Position numbers and translations under genes: made by a program
Source: Candidatus Iainarchaeum sp.
GTDB taxonomy: Archaea; Iainarchaeota; Iainarchaeia; Iainarchaeales; JAZDEL01
Direction of reading: 5' to 3'
Assembly: GCA_043808785.1 (NCBI GenBank)
Contig: JAZDEL010000004.1
Coordinates: 120,001 to 152,000 of the forward strand
Length of the DNA: 32,000 nt
The notes under the pieces: generated by a model
The model's input: the letters and a program-made list of their open reading frames with translations, nothing else
Told to the model about the DNA's origin: nothing
Database searches by the model: none
Shown here: piece by piece, positions 6,222 to 13,398 of the stretch
How the letters are laid out: every line of letters begins with the position of its first letter
How positions within the stretch are numbered: the first letter of the stretch is position 1

Positions 6222-7933
6222 TGAAGTCCATAACTGAATTAGCCCTTGACCTTTCTGAAGGTTTTTTTATTTTCCGCGACCAATTCGGCGAAACGTTCGC
6301 TATGATAAACTTCGGCGAACATTCTGAATTTTTCCCGCTGCATTCGAAACGATTTAAGGCACACATCGCAGGGGTTTTGTGGCTGCAACATAAAGTATCA
6401 ATCACCCCCGGCGCGTTGCAGGGAGTTATTCTATGTGTGGAGGGAACGTCCCAGAGGGCAGGTTCGCGGTTCTCTTTGCAAACCCGCGTTGCGGAGTGCG
6501 GGGGAAAGTTCTATTACGACCTCTGCGATGCGGAGTGGCGTGTTGTTGAAATTTCCGAGGAAGGCTGGAAAATTACCAACCAGCCGCGCCCTATTTTCAG
6601 GCGCTATTCGCACCAACTGGCGCAGACCGTTTCGGAAACAGAAACGCAGAACCTTGATGATTTTTTGGGAATGTTTAAGATTAGGGATACGGACAAACTG
6701 CTGATTAAGGTTTGGCTGGTGTGTTGTTTTATACCTGACATTCCCCACCCCATATTAGTTCTGCACGGCGGGCAGGGTTCAGCAAAGAGTACCTTTTTCA
6801 GAATGTGCCGCACGCTTGTGGACCCCTCGGCGCTGGCGGTTCTGAGTTTCCCTTCCGATAAAATGGAACTGATTCAGAAACTGGCGCACCACTACTTTGC
6901 GCCGTTCGATAACGTCAGCAGCATCGGGTCGGAGGTCAGCGATGTGCTGTGCCGCGCATGCACGGGCGAAGGGTTCAGCAAGAGAAAACTATACTCCGAT
7001 GACGAGGATGTGGTGTATGCATACAAACGTTGTGTTCTGCTAGGCGGAATTAACATTGCGGCAACGCGCGCCGACCTGCTTGACCGCGCCATGCTGTTCG
7101 GCTTTGAGAGGATCTCAAAAAAACACCGCAAAACCGAGAAGGTTCTCGATAAGCAATTGGAGGCGATGCGCCCGAAATTGCTCGCGGAGATTTTTGGGAT
7201 TATCAGCCGAGCAATGAGCATAAAGCCCGACCTTAAAACGCTCCCGCGCATGGCTGACTTCGGAACGTGGGGAGAGGCAGTCGCCCGCGCAATGGGGGAG
7301 AAGCTGATGGTTTTTGAGGCGGCATATTCCGCCAACCTTGATAAGCAGCATATTGAGGTTGTGGATGCTTCGCCTATTGGGCAGTGCCTACTGGTTTTTA
7401 TTTCCGAAAACTCTGAAGGCTGGCAGGGTTCAGCGAGTGATTTGCTTTCAAAACTTGAGGAGATAGCGCAAAAGGTGAAGATAAAAACAAACGACAAATA
7501 TTTTCCGAAAGCCCCCCACATTCTGATGCGCCGCCTAAATGAAATGAAGGCGAACCTTGAGGAACTTGGGATAGATATAACCTCCGACCATGACGGGAAG
7601 GAGAGGACGGTTCTTGTAAAAAAAGTAATGAAAGAAAGCGTTAGTAGCGTTATAGCGTTAGAAACGCAAGAGATAGCCGAAACGGGCACGAATAAAAAAA
7701 ACGCTACTGAAAAAGTAGCGTTAGTAGAAGCGTTAGCCGAGGGGAATAACGCTACTGAAGTGAAGCGTTCTGAAATAGCGTTAGCCGAAACGGGCACGAA
7801 TACTGCCGAGAATAAGCAAACTAACGCAACTAACGCTACTAACGCTATTCTGCCTACTCCTTTGTATGAAGGGCAGTGTGTTGTGTGGGAACGGGCCGCG
7901 GACGGCAAAGAAAAGCCGAGGTGGATTAAATGA
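6221..7933 (+). CDS. P-loop NTPase replication protein (SF3/D5-like helicase candidate)
   Basis: 570 aa. Walker A-like PILVLHGGQGSAKSTFF, Walker B-like HYFAPFDNVSS, then VLLGGINIAATRADLLDRAMLF (sensor/Arg-finger-like). The N-terminal domain is of the type seen in plasmid/phage primase-helicases. The repetitive C-terminal tail is Ala/Glu/Thr/Asn-rich. Confidence 0.65.
   Translation: MKSITELALDLSEGFFIFRDQFGETFAMINFGEHSEFFPLHSKRFKAHIAGVLWLQHKVSITPGALQGVILCVEGTSQRAGSRFSLQTRVAECGGKFYYDLCDAEWRVVEISEEGWKITNQPRPIFRRYSHQLAQTVSETETQNLDDFLGMFKIRDTDKLLIKVWLVCCFIPDIPHPILVLHGGQGSAKSTFFRMCRTLVDPSALAVLSFPSDKMELIQKLAHHYFAPFDNVSSIGSEVSDVLCRACTGEGFSKRKLYSDDEDVVYAYKRCVLLGGINIAATRADLLDRAMLFGFERISKKHRKTEKVLDKQLEAMRPKLLAEIFGIISRAMSIKPDLKTLPRMADFGTWGEAVARAMGEKLMVFEAAYSANLDKQHIEVVDASPIGQCLLVFISENSEGWQGSASDLLSKLEEIAQKVKIKTNDKYFPKAPHILMRRLNEMKANLEELGIDITSDHDGKERTVLVKKVMKESVSSVIALETQEIAETGTNKKNATEKVALVEALAEGNNATEVKRSEIALAETGTNTAENKQTNATNATNAILPTPLYEGQCVVWERAADGKEKPRWIK
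7637..7850 (+). repeat. Dense direct-repeat (iteron-like) block inside the 3' end of the Rep gene
   Basis: agcgttag occurs 5 times (7637, 7654, 7717, 7729, 7777), plus two near-copies at 7646 and 7763. A 20-nt perfect repeat, agccgaaacgggcacgaata, sits at 7675-7694 and 7783-7802. aacgctactgaa sits at 7700 and 7748. There are 9-nt periodic (a)ctaacgc units at 7821-7848. Confidence 0.6.
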
Positions 7934-8169
7934 ACACCACCCCCCGCCTCGCGCGAGGCACCCGCCCCCACCGCTGCATCGTGTGCGGCGAGCGCGCCAG
8001 CCGCCTGCACGCCCGCCATGACCGTTCGGAGTTGGAATTTTTGTGCGAGGAACATTACCGCCCGTGGCATCCTGACTTAGCCGCCACGCCAAAGCCAAAG
8101 GTGTTCTGGCGCAACCGCTACCGCCTCTCCGCTCTGCGGTATTGGGGAAGAGGGGGGTTTCACGCATGA
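7930..8169 (+). CDS. Zinc-ribbon-like protein, paralog of the ORF at 5943-6221
   Basis: HRCIVCGERASRLHARHDRSELEFLCEEHYRPW aligns with the CxxC..RL....FLC motif of the upstream ORF. ATGA overlap with the Rep stop (7930-7933). Confidence 0.5.
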   Translation: MNTTPRLARGTRPHRCIVCGERASRLHARHDRSELEFLCEEHYRPWHPDLAATPKPKVFWRNRYRLSALRYWGRGGFHA

Positions 8170-8177
8170 GCACAGTG

Positions 8178-8227
8178 CTGAGAGGTGCGAGAGGTGCAAT
8201 GCGCACTGCCACTCTCGCCACTCTCAG
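8178..8227. promoter_or_regulatory. Candidate operator: 50-nt imperfect palindrome built from doubled 9-mers
   Basis: gagaggtgc x2 (8180-8197) faces gccactctc x2 (8208-8225), with outer perfect inverted 7-mers ctgagag/ctctcag. Ends 13 nt before the RHH gene start. Confidence 0.4.
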
Positions 8228-8239
8228 GGGGTGCATGGT

Positions 8240-8563
8240 ATGAAGCGCGTCCACTTGCCCCTTACGGAAGAAGAATACGCCAACATCAAGGCGCTGTCAG
8301 CCAGCATGAGCGAGCGCCTGAACGAGCGCGTTGGCTTCGCGGATGTGGTTTGCAGGGCAGTGGCTTTGCTGGGCGCGCAAGAAAATGCGCTGCATGGTGT
8401 GGTAAAACACAAGCGCGGACGCCCACGGAAAAATGGGGGCAATAAAACAGCGGATTTTGCGAGTAAAAAACCAACCGCACCCTCGCCCTGCACAGAAAAC
8501 GCAGGGCAGGTGCAACAATTCGGAGGTGAAAACTATGGGAAGGAAACCGATAAGCAGGGCTGA
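8240..8563 (+). CDS. Ribbon-helix-helix DNA-binding protein with AT-hook-like KRGRPRK
   Basis: MKRVHLPLTEEEYANIKALSASMSERL shows an RHH beta-strand plus helix pattern. The basic tail carries GRP. Confidence 0.6.
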   Translation: MKRVHLPLTEEEYANIKALSASMSERLNERVGFADVVCRAVALLGAQENALHGVVKHKRGRPRKNGGNKTADFASKKPTAPSPCTENAGQVQQFGGENYGKETDKQG

Positions 8564-8807
8564 GCATGAGCGCAGGCTCGCGCTTTACCATGCAGGCAAG
8601 AGCGATGTGCAGATTGGCAAACTTTTGGGCAAAAAACCAAACACGATTGTGCATTGGAGATACGGAAACAAACTTATCGCCAACTTTACGAACTTTCGCG
8701 GCGAGCGGGCAGGCTTGAGGCGCATGGCGGTTTTGATTGAGCATACAAAGCGGGCGAACAGGATTTATGCGCGCAAGCGTAAGGCGAGGAAACAAAAGAG
8801 GGCATAA
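8535..8807 (+). CDS. Small helix-turn-helix protein with basic C-terminal tail
   Basis: GGAGGTGA at 8523-8530 precedes the ATG at 8535. MGRKPISRAEHERRLALYHAGKSDVQIGKLLGKKPNTIVHWR is HTH-like. The C-terminus ARKRKARKQKRA is basic. Confidence 0.55.
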   Translation: MGRKPISRAEHERRLALYHAGKSDVQIGKLLGKKPNTIVHWRYGNKLIANFTNFRGERAGLRRMAVLIEHTKRANRIYARKRKARKQKRA

Positions 8808-8818
8808 GGGGCGATAAC

Positions 8819-9055
8819 ATGGACGTGATGGAGGTGTTCTATGACGGCGCACAAGTTGTGCTAAAGGTAGAGGTCAATGGCACCCCCATCTCGATACCGT
8901 GGGGCGGGCTTCGCGTAAAGTGGCGCACTGTTGGGAGATGGCACGCCCATTTTATAAAAATGGGGTTGATGCCGCGCGGGCAGTTTAAGCGTACCCCGCT
9001 CTCCGCCCCAAAGAATTTTTTAGGGGGGGTTAAAAAGGTTTTGCAAAAACAATAA
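8819..9055 (+). CDS. Hypothetical protein
   Basis: 78-aa ORF in the same orientation and spacing as its neighbours. No motif recognised. Confidence 0.4.
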   Translation: MDVMEVFYDGAQVVLKVEVNGTPISIPWGGLRVKWRTVGRWHAHFIKMGLMPRGQFKRTPLSAPKNFLGGVKKVLQKQ

Positions 9056-9143
9056 CCCCCCAACCCCGCAGTTATTTTATTGCCGACCTGCAGGTGCAAA
9101 TGTTCGCCGAGCAGGAGGCTCAACGTAAAAAAGGTTTTGTAAA

Positions 9144-9359
9144 ATGGGAAACCAACCGCAAAAAGAGCGTTCAACCTTTACAGCCATCGGCACGGTGCTG
9201 TTTCTTTTTGCGATTTTATTCCGCGAGTTCTTGGTGCACGGCGTTGACCTGTTGTTTGCACTTTTATTTTTAGGGGCGGTGTTCATGGGCACTGGCTCGC
9301 TCGGCTTTTTGCTCAACCGTTTCCACGCACGCGCGGAAAATAGCGAGGTGTCGGCATGA
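9144..9359 (+). CDS. Small membrane protein (two predicted TM helices)
   Basis: Hydrophobic segments FTAIGTVLFLFAILF and LLFALLFLGAVFMGTGSLGFLL. ATGA overlap with the next gene. Confidence 0.6.
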   Translation: MGNQPQKERSTFTAIGTVLFLFAILFREFLVHGVDLLFALLFLGAVFMGTGSLGFLLNRFHARAENSEVSA

Positions 9360-9547
9360 ACTTAAACCCGCTCGCGCTTGGCGCGGTTGTGGCGCTGGCG
9401 TTTTTCGCAGCGGCTGTTGTGGAGCATTTTTTCAGGCAGGATAAAATTGTCGCGGCGCTCATGGATTTGGGTTCGTTCCTTGCAATTGCCGCAATTTTCG
9501 GCGCGGTGTTTGCACTTGCCGCGGCTTACTTGGGGTGGTTGCAATGA
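9356..9547 (+). CDS. Small membrane protein (two predicted TM helices)
   Basis: Hydrophobic segments LALGAVVALAFFAAAVV and LGSFLAIAAIFGAVFALAAAYL. ATGA overlap with the next gene at 9544-9547. Confidence 0.6.
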   Translation: MNLNPLALGAVVALAFFAAAVVEHFFRQDKIVAALMDLGSFLAIAAIFGAVFALAAAYLGWLQ

Positions 9548-11169
9548 ATAACGGAAATTTGCTCGCGGCGTTTGTTCTGCTCGCCGTTCTTGCGGGTGGG
9601 TTTTATTTCGGCTTTTTTGGTTCATTCGGGCTCGGCGCGGTTGCGGACGCGGGAAAGTTTTACCGCCCTGTTTGGGGCAGCGTTGGCTGCGAATTTACAG
9701 GCAGCGGTGCAGGCACCGCGCAGGACAGCATTAAAATTGCGAACGGGAACGCACAGTATTTTTGCAAAGGCGGCTCGTGCAGGGTTGCAAGCATGAGCGC
9801 CGCGTGCGGCGGCGTTCCAGTTTATGAGGGCGGCTCCGCGAACTATGCGCAGGGGTTTTGGGCAAAGGTTTGTGTGGACAATAACCCCGCAAAATGCGCG
9901 ACAGGTAACCAAATTTACAATTTGAAGGCGGCACAGGGCGAAACGCTTTACATCAGCAACGTGCACTGCTATTCTGGTCTTATCCCGCCTTTGGCAAACG
10001 GCACCGCTGGGATTGAATACAGCCCGCTGCAACTTATGCGTTTCCAAGACGGCTCGCGCTTCAATGTTCAGGGCGGCGCAGGCTGCCTGACAGCGGACGC
10101 AAAATATAATTTTGGCAGCATTCAGCCAGTTGCCTCGGACGCGCCGAAAACCGACTTTTGGAAACAGGTCGGCACGGCTTTGTTCGGCGTAAATATTCAG
10201 GGCTACATGGGCGGGGAAACCGCAAAAACTTTCAAGAACACAACTGGCGCGGAATTTCTGAAACTCGGAACTTACCTGCCGTACATTGTTGAATGGAGGG
10301 AGATAATTGCCGGCCTGCACATTTACAAGCCAATCGTGGGCAAGTTTGCTGGCAAAAACATCCTGTGCGACACAGCGCAAACCCGCATTTACGAATTTGG
10401 TTCCGTTAGAACCAGCGGCGGCGCGGCTTACAACATTCCGATAAAAGACTTGGGCGCTGTTGCGTGCTGCAATGACGCGGATTGCGCGCTTGGAAAAATA
10501 TGCAACACTGCGGGCGGAAACTTTGTATGCGAGCAGGCTGCAAGCACATGCCAAAAGGCATGTGCCACCGATTTGGTATGCGGCGGAACATACAGCCACA
10601 AGAACGGCGCGCCAGTATGGACAAAGGGCGAGTGCGTAAATTCGTGCTGTAAATACACGGATTTGCCCGTTGAGTGTGTCGAGGCAAACGATTGCCCAGC
10701 CCGCGATGGCTACACAAAGGAGTGCGACAGCCGCACGCACGAGTGTTTGTACAGTAAAAACGCGGACTACAAAACCGCCTGCGCTGGCGAATGTTGCAGC
10801 GGCAGCGGAAATTATTATGCAAAGGCATGTGCAACTGGTTTGTGCTGCCCCGCTGGCGCGGATGTCGGGGTTTGCAAAGCCTCGTGCAGCGAACTGCCGA
10901 GCAGTTGCGGCGATGGCATTTGCCAACTGGGTGAGCAACTGACCTGCCCGCCAGATTGCCAGCCAAAAACCGAATGCCCGGCAGGGCAGGTGCTTGTGGA
11001 GAAGCACTGGCTCGGCTTGGACTTTATGCCAGCGGTAACGGACATTTTCGGCAACGCGCAGAAGGAATGCAGGGCACCAGCGGACAACGGCCTGCTGATT
11101 GTTGGCGGTGTTGTGCTGCTCGCTGGCGCAATAGTGTTCGCCGCGCTGCTCATGAAAAGGAAGAGGTGA
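9544..11169 (+). CDS. Large type-I membrane protein with Cys-rich ectodomain (candidate envelope spike)
   Basis: 541 aa from the ATG at 9544. N-terminal hydrophobic signal/anchor LLAAFVLLAVLAGGFYFGFF. The C-terminal third is packed with Cys motifs (CCNDADCALGKIC, CVEANDCPARDGYTKEC, CGDGICQLGEQLTCPPDC). C-terminal TM LLIVGGVVLLAGAIVFAALL + MKRKR. Confidence 0.75.
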   Translation: MNNGNLLAAFVLLAVLAGGFYFGFFGSFGLGAVADAGKFYRPVWGSVGCEFTGSGAGTAQDSIKIANGNAQYFCKGGSCRVASMSAACGGVPVYEGGSANYAQGFWAKVCVDNNPAKCATGNQIYNLKAAQGETLYISNVHCYSGLIPPLANGTAGIEYSPLQLMRFQDGSRFNVQGGAGCLTADAKYNFGSIQPVASDAPKTDFWKQVGTALFGVNIQGYMGGETAKTFKNTTGAEFLKLGTYLPYIVEWREIIAGLHIYKPIVGKFAGKNILCDTAQTRIYEFGSVRTSGGAAYNIPIKDLGAVACCNDADCALGKICNTAGGNFVCEQAASTCQKACATDLVCGGTYSHKNGAPVWTKGECVNSCCKYTDLPVECVEANDCPARDGYTKECDSRTHECLYSKNADYKTACAGECCSGSGNYYAKACATGLCCPAGADVGVCKASCSELPSSCGDGICQLGEQLTCPPDCQPKTECPAGQVLVEKHWLGLDFMPAVTDIFGNAQKECRAPADNGLLIVGGVVLLAGAIVFAALLMKRKR

Positions 11170-11173
11170 AAAC

Positions 11174-11506
11174 ATGGCAAAGGCAAAGGACATTTTGGGA
11201 ATGGCGGTTGACCTGCTTGCGTGGGGGGTTCTCGCATTGATGCTGCTTGCTGCAGTGGATTATTTTGTTTTGGGCGGGTGGAACTTGGAAAGCCTTAGCC
11301 TTACTTATTTTGGCAAGGACGTATCGGGTCGTTGTGTGGCTTACTCGCAGGACACATGCAGCACAAACGCCGAATGCACCTCGCATGTGCCATCGGACAG
11401 CGCGGAAAATTCTCTCTGGAAACTAAATTACACAAAAGCGGTTTGCTCAAGCGGGCATTGTTGCATTCCGCGGAATGCAACAATTTTATGGGAGGTGCTT
11501 GACTGA
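11174..11506 (+). CDS. Small N-terminally anchored Cys-motif protein (paralog A)
   Basis: TM AVDLLAWGVLALMLLAAVDYFVL, then CSTNAECTSHVPSDSAENSLW...CSSGHCC. Confidence 0.6.
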   Translation: MAKAKDILGMAVDLLAWGVLALMLLAAVDYFVLGGWNLESLSLTYFGKDVSGRCVAYSQDTCSTNAECTSHVPSDSAENSLWKLNYTKAVCSSGHCCIPRNATILWEVLD

Positions 11507-11814
11507 TGGGGTCGGCTATAAATCTGTTCGGCGTGGCGCTTTTGCTTGTGGTGGCGCTTTTCGTGGTTGATTTGCAGTTTGCAGGCGGGCGCAACGCAAA
11601 ATTGGCGGCAAACTTTGTGCGCGAGGAGATGCACATGAACGAGCCAGCGCCTTTGCGGCAGGGAAATTATTTGGTTTCCGCGCAGGCGTGCACAACATCC
11701 TCCGAATGCCGCGACAAGGTTCCAATGGATGCAACGCCGAGCAATTATTGGCAGGCGCACGCGGGTTTGGCTGAATGCCTGAACCATGTTTGCGTGCTTG
11801 AGGTAAAAAAGTAA
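11506..11814 (+). CDS. Small N-terminally anchored Cys-motif protein (paralog B)
   Basis: TM LFGVALLLVVALFVV, then CTTSSECRDKVPMDATPSNYW...CLNHVC, which aligns with the preceding ORF. TGATG stop/start overlap. Confidence 0.6.
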   Translation: MGSAINLFGVALLLVVALFVVDLQFAGGRNAKLAANFVREEMHMNEPAPLRQGNYLVSAQACTTSSECRDKVPMDATPSNYWQAHAGLAECLNHVCVLEVKK

Positions 11815-11829
11815 AAAGGGGTGTGAAAA

Positions 11830-12087
11830 ATGGCAAAAATGGTTTTACCAATTTTGGTATTGGGCGTACTGGTTGTTGTGGCGCTTGGGCTGGGCGTGTT
11901 GAACTCGTGGCAGATTTGGTTTGCGCCGCATGCGCAGCCAGAACAAGCCGAGCAGCCGCAGGTGCAGCCAGAACAAGCCGAGCAGCCTCATGCGCAGCCA
12001 GATTCAAACGGCTGCGTGCCCTGTGCCATGACCGATGCAAACGGCAACAAGTTAGATACGCTTTGCTGCCCAACGGGGGGCGTGTAA
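11830..12087 (+). CDS. Small N-terminally anchored protein with QPEQAEQP tandem repeats and a Cys-rich tail
   Basis: TM VLPILVLGVLVVVALGLGVL, a repeat linker, then C-terminal NGCVPCAMTDANGNKLDTLCCP. An RBS-like ggggtg lies 7 nt upstream. Confidence 0.55.
   Translation: MAKMVLPILVLGVLVVVALGLGVLNSWQIWFAPHAQPEQAEQPQVQPEQAEQPHAQPDSNGCVPCAMTDANGNKLDTLCCPTGGV
11934..12002 (+). repeat. 30-nt tandem repeat (2.3 copies) inside the CDS
   Basis: gcagccagaacaagccgagcagcc at 11934-11957 and 11964-11987, then partial gcagccaga at 11994-12002. Confidence 0.8.
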
Positions 12088-12090
12088 TTT

Positions 12091-13389
12091 ATGCTTCGTT
12101 TTAGCAAAAACGAAAACTGTGAGGGCGCTCTGGCAGGTGCTTTCACCTCCAAACAAAATAGTACGGGAAAAAACGGCGGCGGTTTTGCCAAATTCTCGCC
12201 GCCCTTTCTCTTTGCAATTTGCCTGCTTGCACTTGCGCCGTTTGCTTTTGCCAGCACGCCGCATTACCTGACTGTTTCGGGCAGGCTTTCAAACGCGGCA
12301 AAAACTTCGTACCTTACGCAAAACCTGAGCACGACTTTTGCGCTTTATGACGCGGCAACAGGCGGCACCGCGCTGTGGTCGGAAACCAAAAACATAAATT
12401 ACGTTGTCGGCACATACAGCACAACCCTCGGCGACACCACGGCGCTCGATTTAAATTTCCGCGTGTCTTACTGGCTGGGCGTCACGGTTGGCGCCGACAG
12501 CGAGATGACGCCGCGCAAGCAATTGGCAAGCGTGCCTTATTCCATGCGGGTGAACGACATAAACGCGATGGGGGATTTGAACCTCACGGGCAAAATTACC
12601 TCGAACGGCAACTTGGTTTTTGCCAAAGATAGCAACATAACCCTCGCATCAACAAAAAGTGCGGACGCTGGCGAATTGATAAAATTGAAGTTCGATGATT
12701 TGACAAACCCAAGCGCGAAGGCAACAATTTCGTGGTACGATGCCAACACGGCGGCAGAAAATAATTCTCCGCAGGCAATCGGCTGGTTTGTTTGCCACAA
12801 TCAATTAGGCAGTGGGGCAACGGCTGTAGTCCATAAACATTGCTCCATCGAAACCAGTTTAGCAGACGGAAGCCCAACTTCAAGGCTCGCCATACAATAC
12901 GGGGTAGACCACGCCAACATAACTACTTATGATTCCGATTTTACGGTTGGGGGCTCAGGCGGAAACTTCAGGGTTGGCGGCACTTCGGTAATGGATTCGG
13001 ATTTGAATGTTGCCACAAAAGTCTGGCTGAACTCCGCGGGCACTGCATCTTTTATCGCCGACCGTGCGGCAACTACAAACTTCTCAAGCCTGATTTTTAA
13101 CACCGCCAATGTGAACCAGTGGACTTTTGGTTTGCGCAATGAAAGCACAAACGACCTGCACCTGCGCGACAATGTGAACCTGCGCACTCCGATAAAAATA
13201 ACCCAGAGCACGGGGGATATTAATTTCAGCAGCAATATACGCGCAAACGATGTTAATTGCTCCGACCTGAACGTCAGCAACAAAACCGTGGTGCGCAGCG
13301 ATGGCAACATGTACCTGACGGACAGTGCGGGGGTACGCTGGAACTGCGGCGTTAATTCGGGCACGGGCACGTTTGCCTGTACCCCATGA
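12091..13389 (+). CDS. Secreted sequon-rich fibre/adhesin-like protein
   Basis: Signal-like FLFAICLLALAPFAFAS. The N-terminal module FALYDAATGGTALWSET...YWLGVTVGADSEMTPRKQLASVPYS resembles a domain common in tail-fibre/adhesin-type proteins. At least 10 N-x-S/T sequons (NLS, NLT, NIT, NNS, NFS, NES, NCS, NVS, NKT). Confidence 0.65.
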   Translation: MLRFSKNENCEGALAGAFTSKQNSTGKNGGGFAKFSPPFLFAICLLALAPFAFASTPHYLTVSGRLSNAAKTSYLTQNLSTTFALYDAATGGTALWSETKNINYVVGTYSTTLGDTTALDLNFRVSYWLGVTVGADSEMTPRKQLASVPYSMRVNDINAMGDLNLTGKITSNGNLVFAKDSNITLASTKSADAGELIKLKFDDLTNPSAKATISWYDANTAAENNSPQAIGWFVCHNQLGSGATAVVHKHCSIETSLADGSPTSRLAIQYGVDHANITTYDSDFTVGGSGGNFRVGGTSVMDSDLNVATKVWLNSAGTASFIADRAATTNFSSLIFNTANVNQWTFGLRNESTNDLHLRDNVNLRTPIKITQSTGDINFSSNIRANDVNCSDLNVSNKTVVRSDGNMYLTDSAGVRWNCGVNSGTGTFACTP

Positions 13390-13398
13390 GGTGTTTGC

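Noticed and set aside
6892-8070. 392-aa - strand ORF
   Set aside because: It is antisense to the Rep gene, which has Walker motifs and coupled neighbours. The composition is Ser/Ala/Phe-rich with no motifs.
9622-11193. 523-aa - strand ORF
   Set aside because: It is antisense to the Cys-rich membrane protein, which has clear signal and TM topology and ATGA coupling. The composition is an Arg/Ala/Cys shadow-frame type.
7637-12002. CRISPR array among the tandem or direct repeats (7637-7850, 11934-12002, and also 22491-22615)
   Set aside because: The repeats are short, lie in-frame inside CDSs and lack unique spacers of regular length. No cas genes are present in the window.
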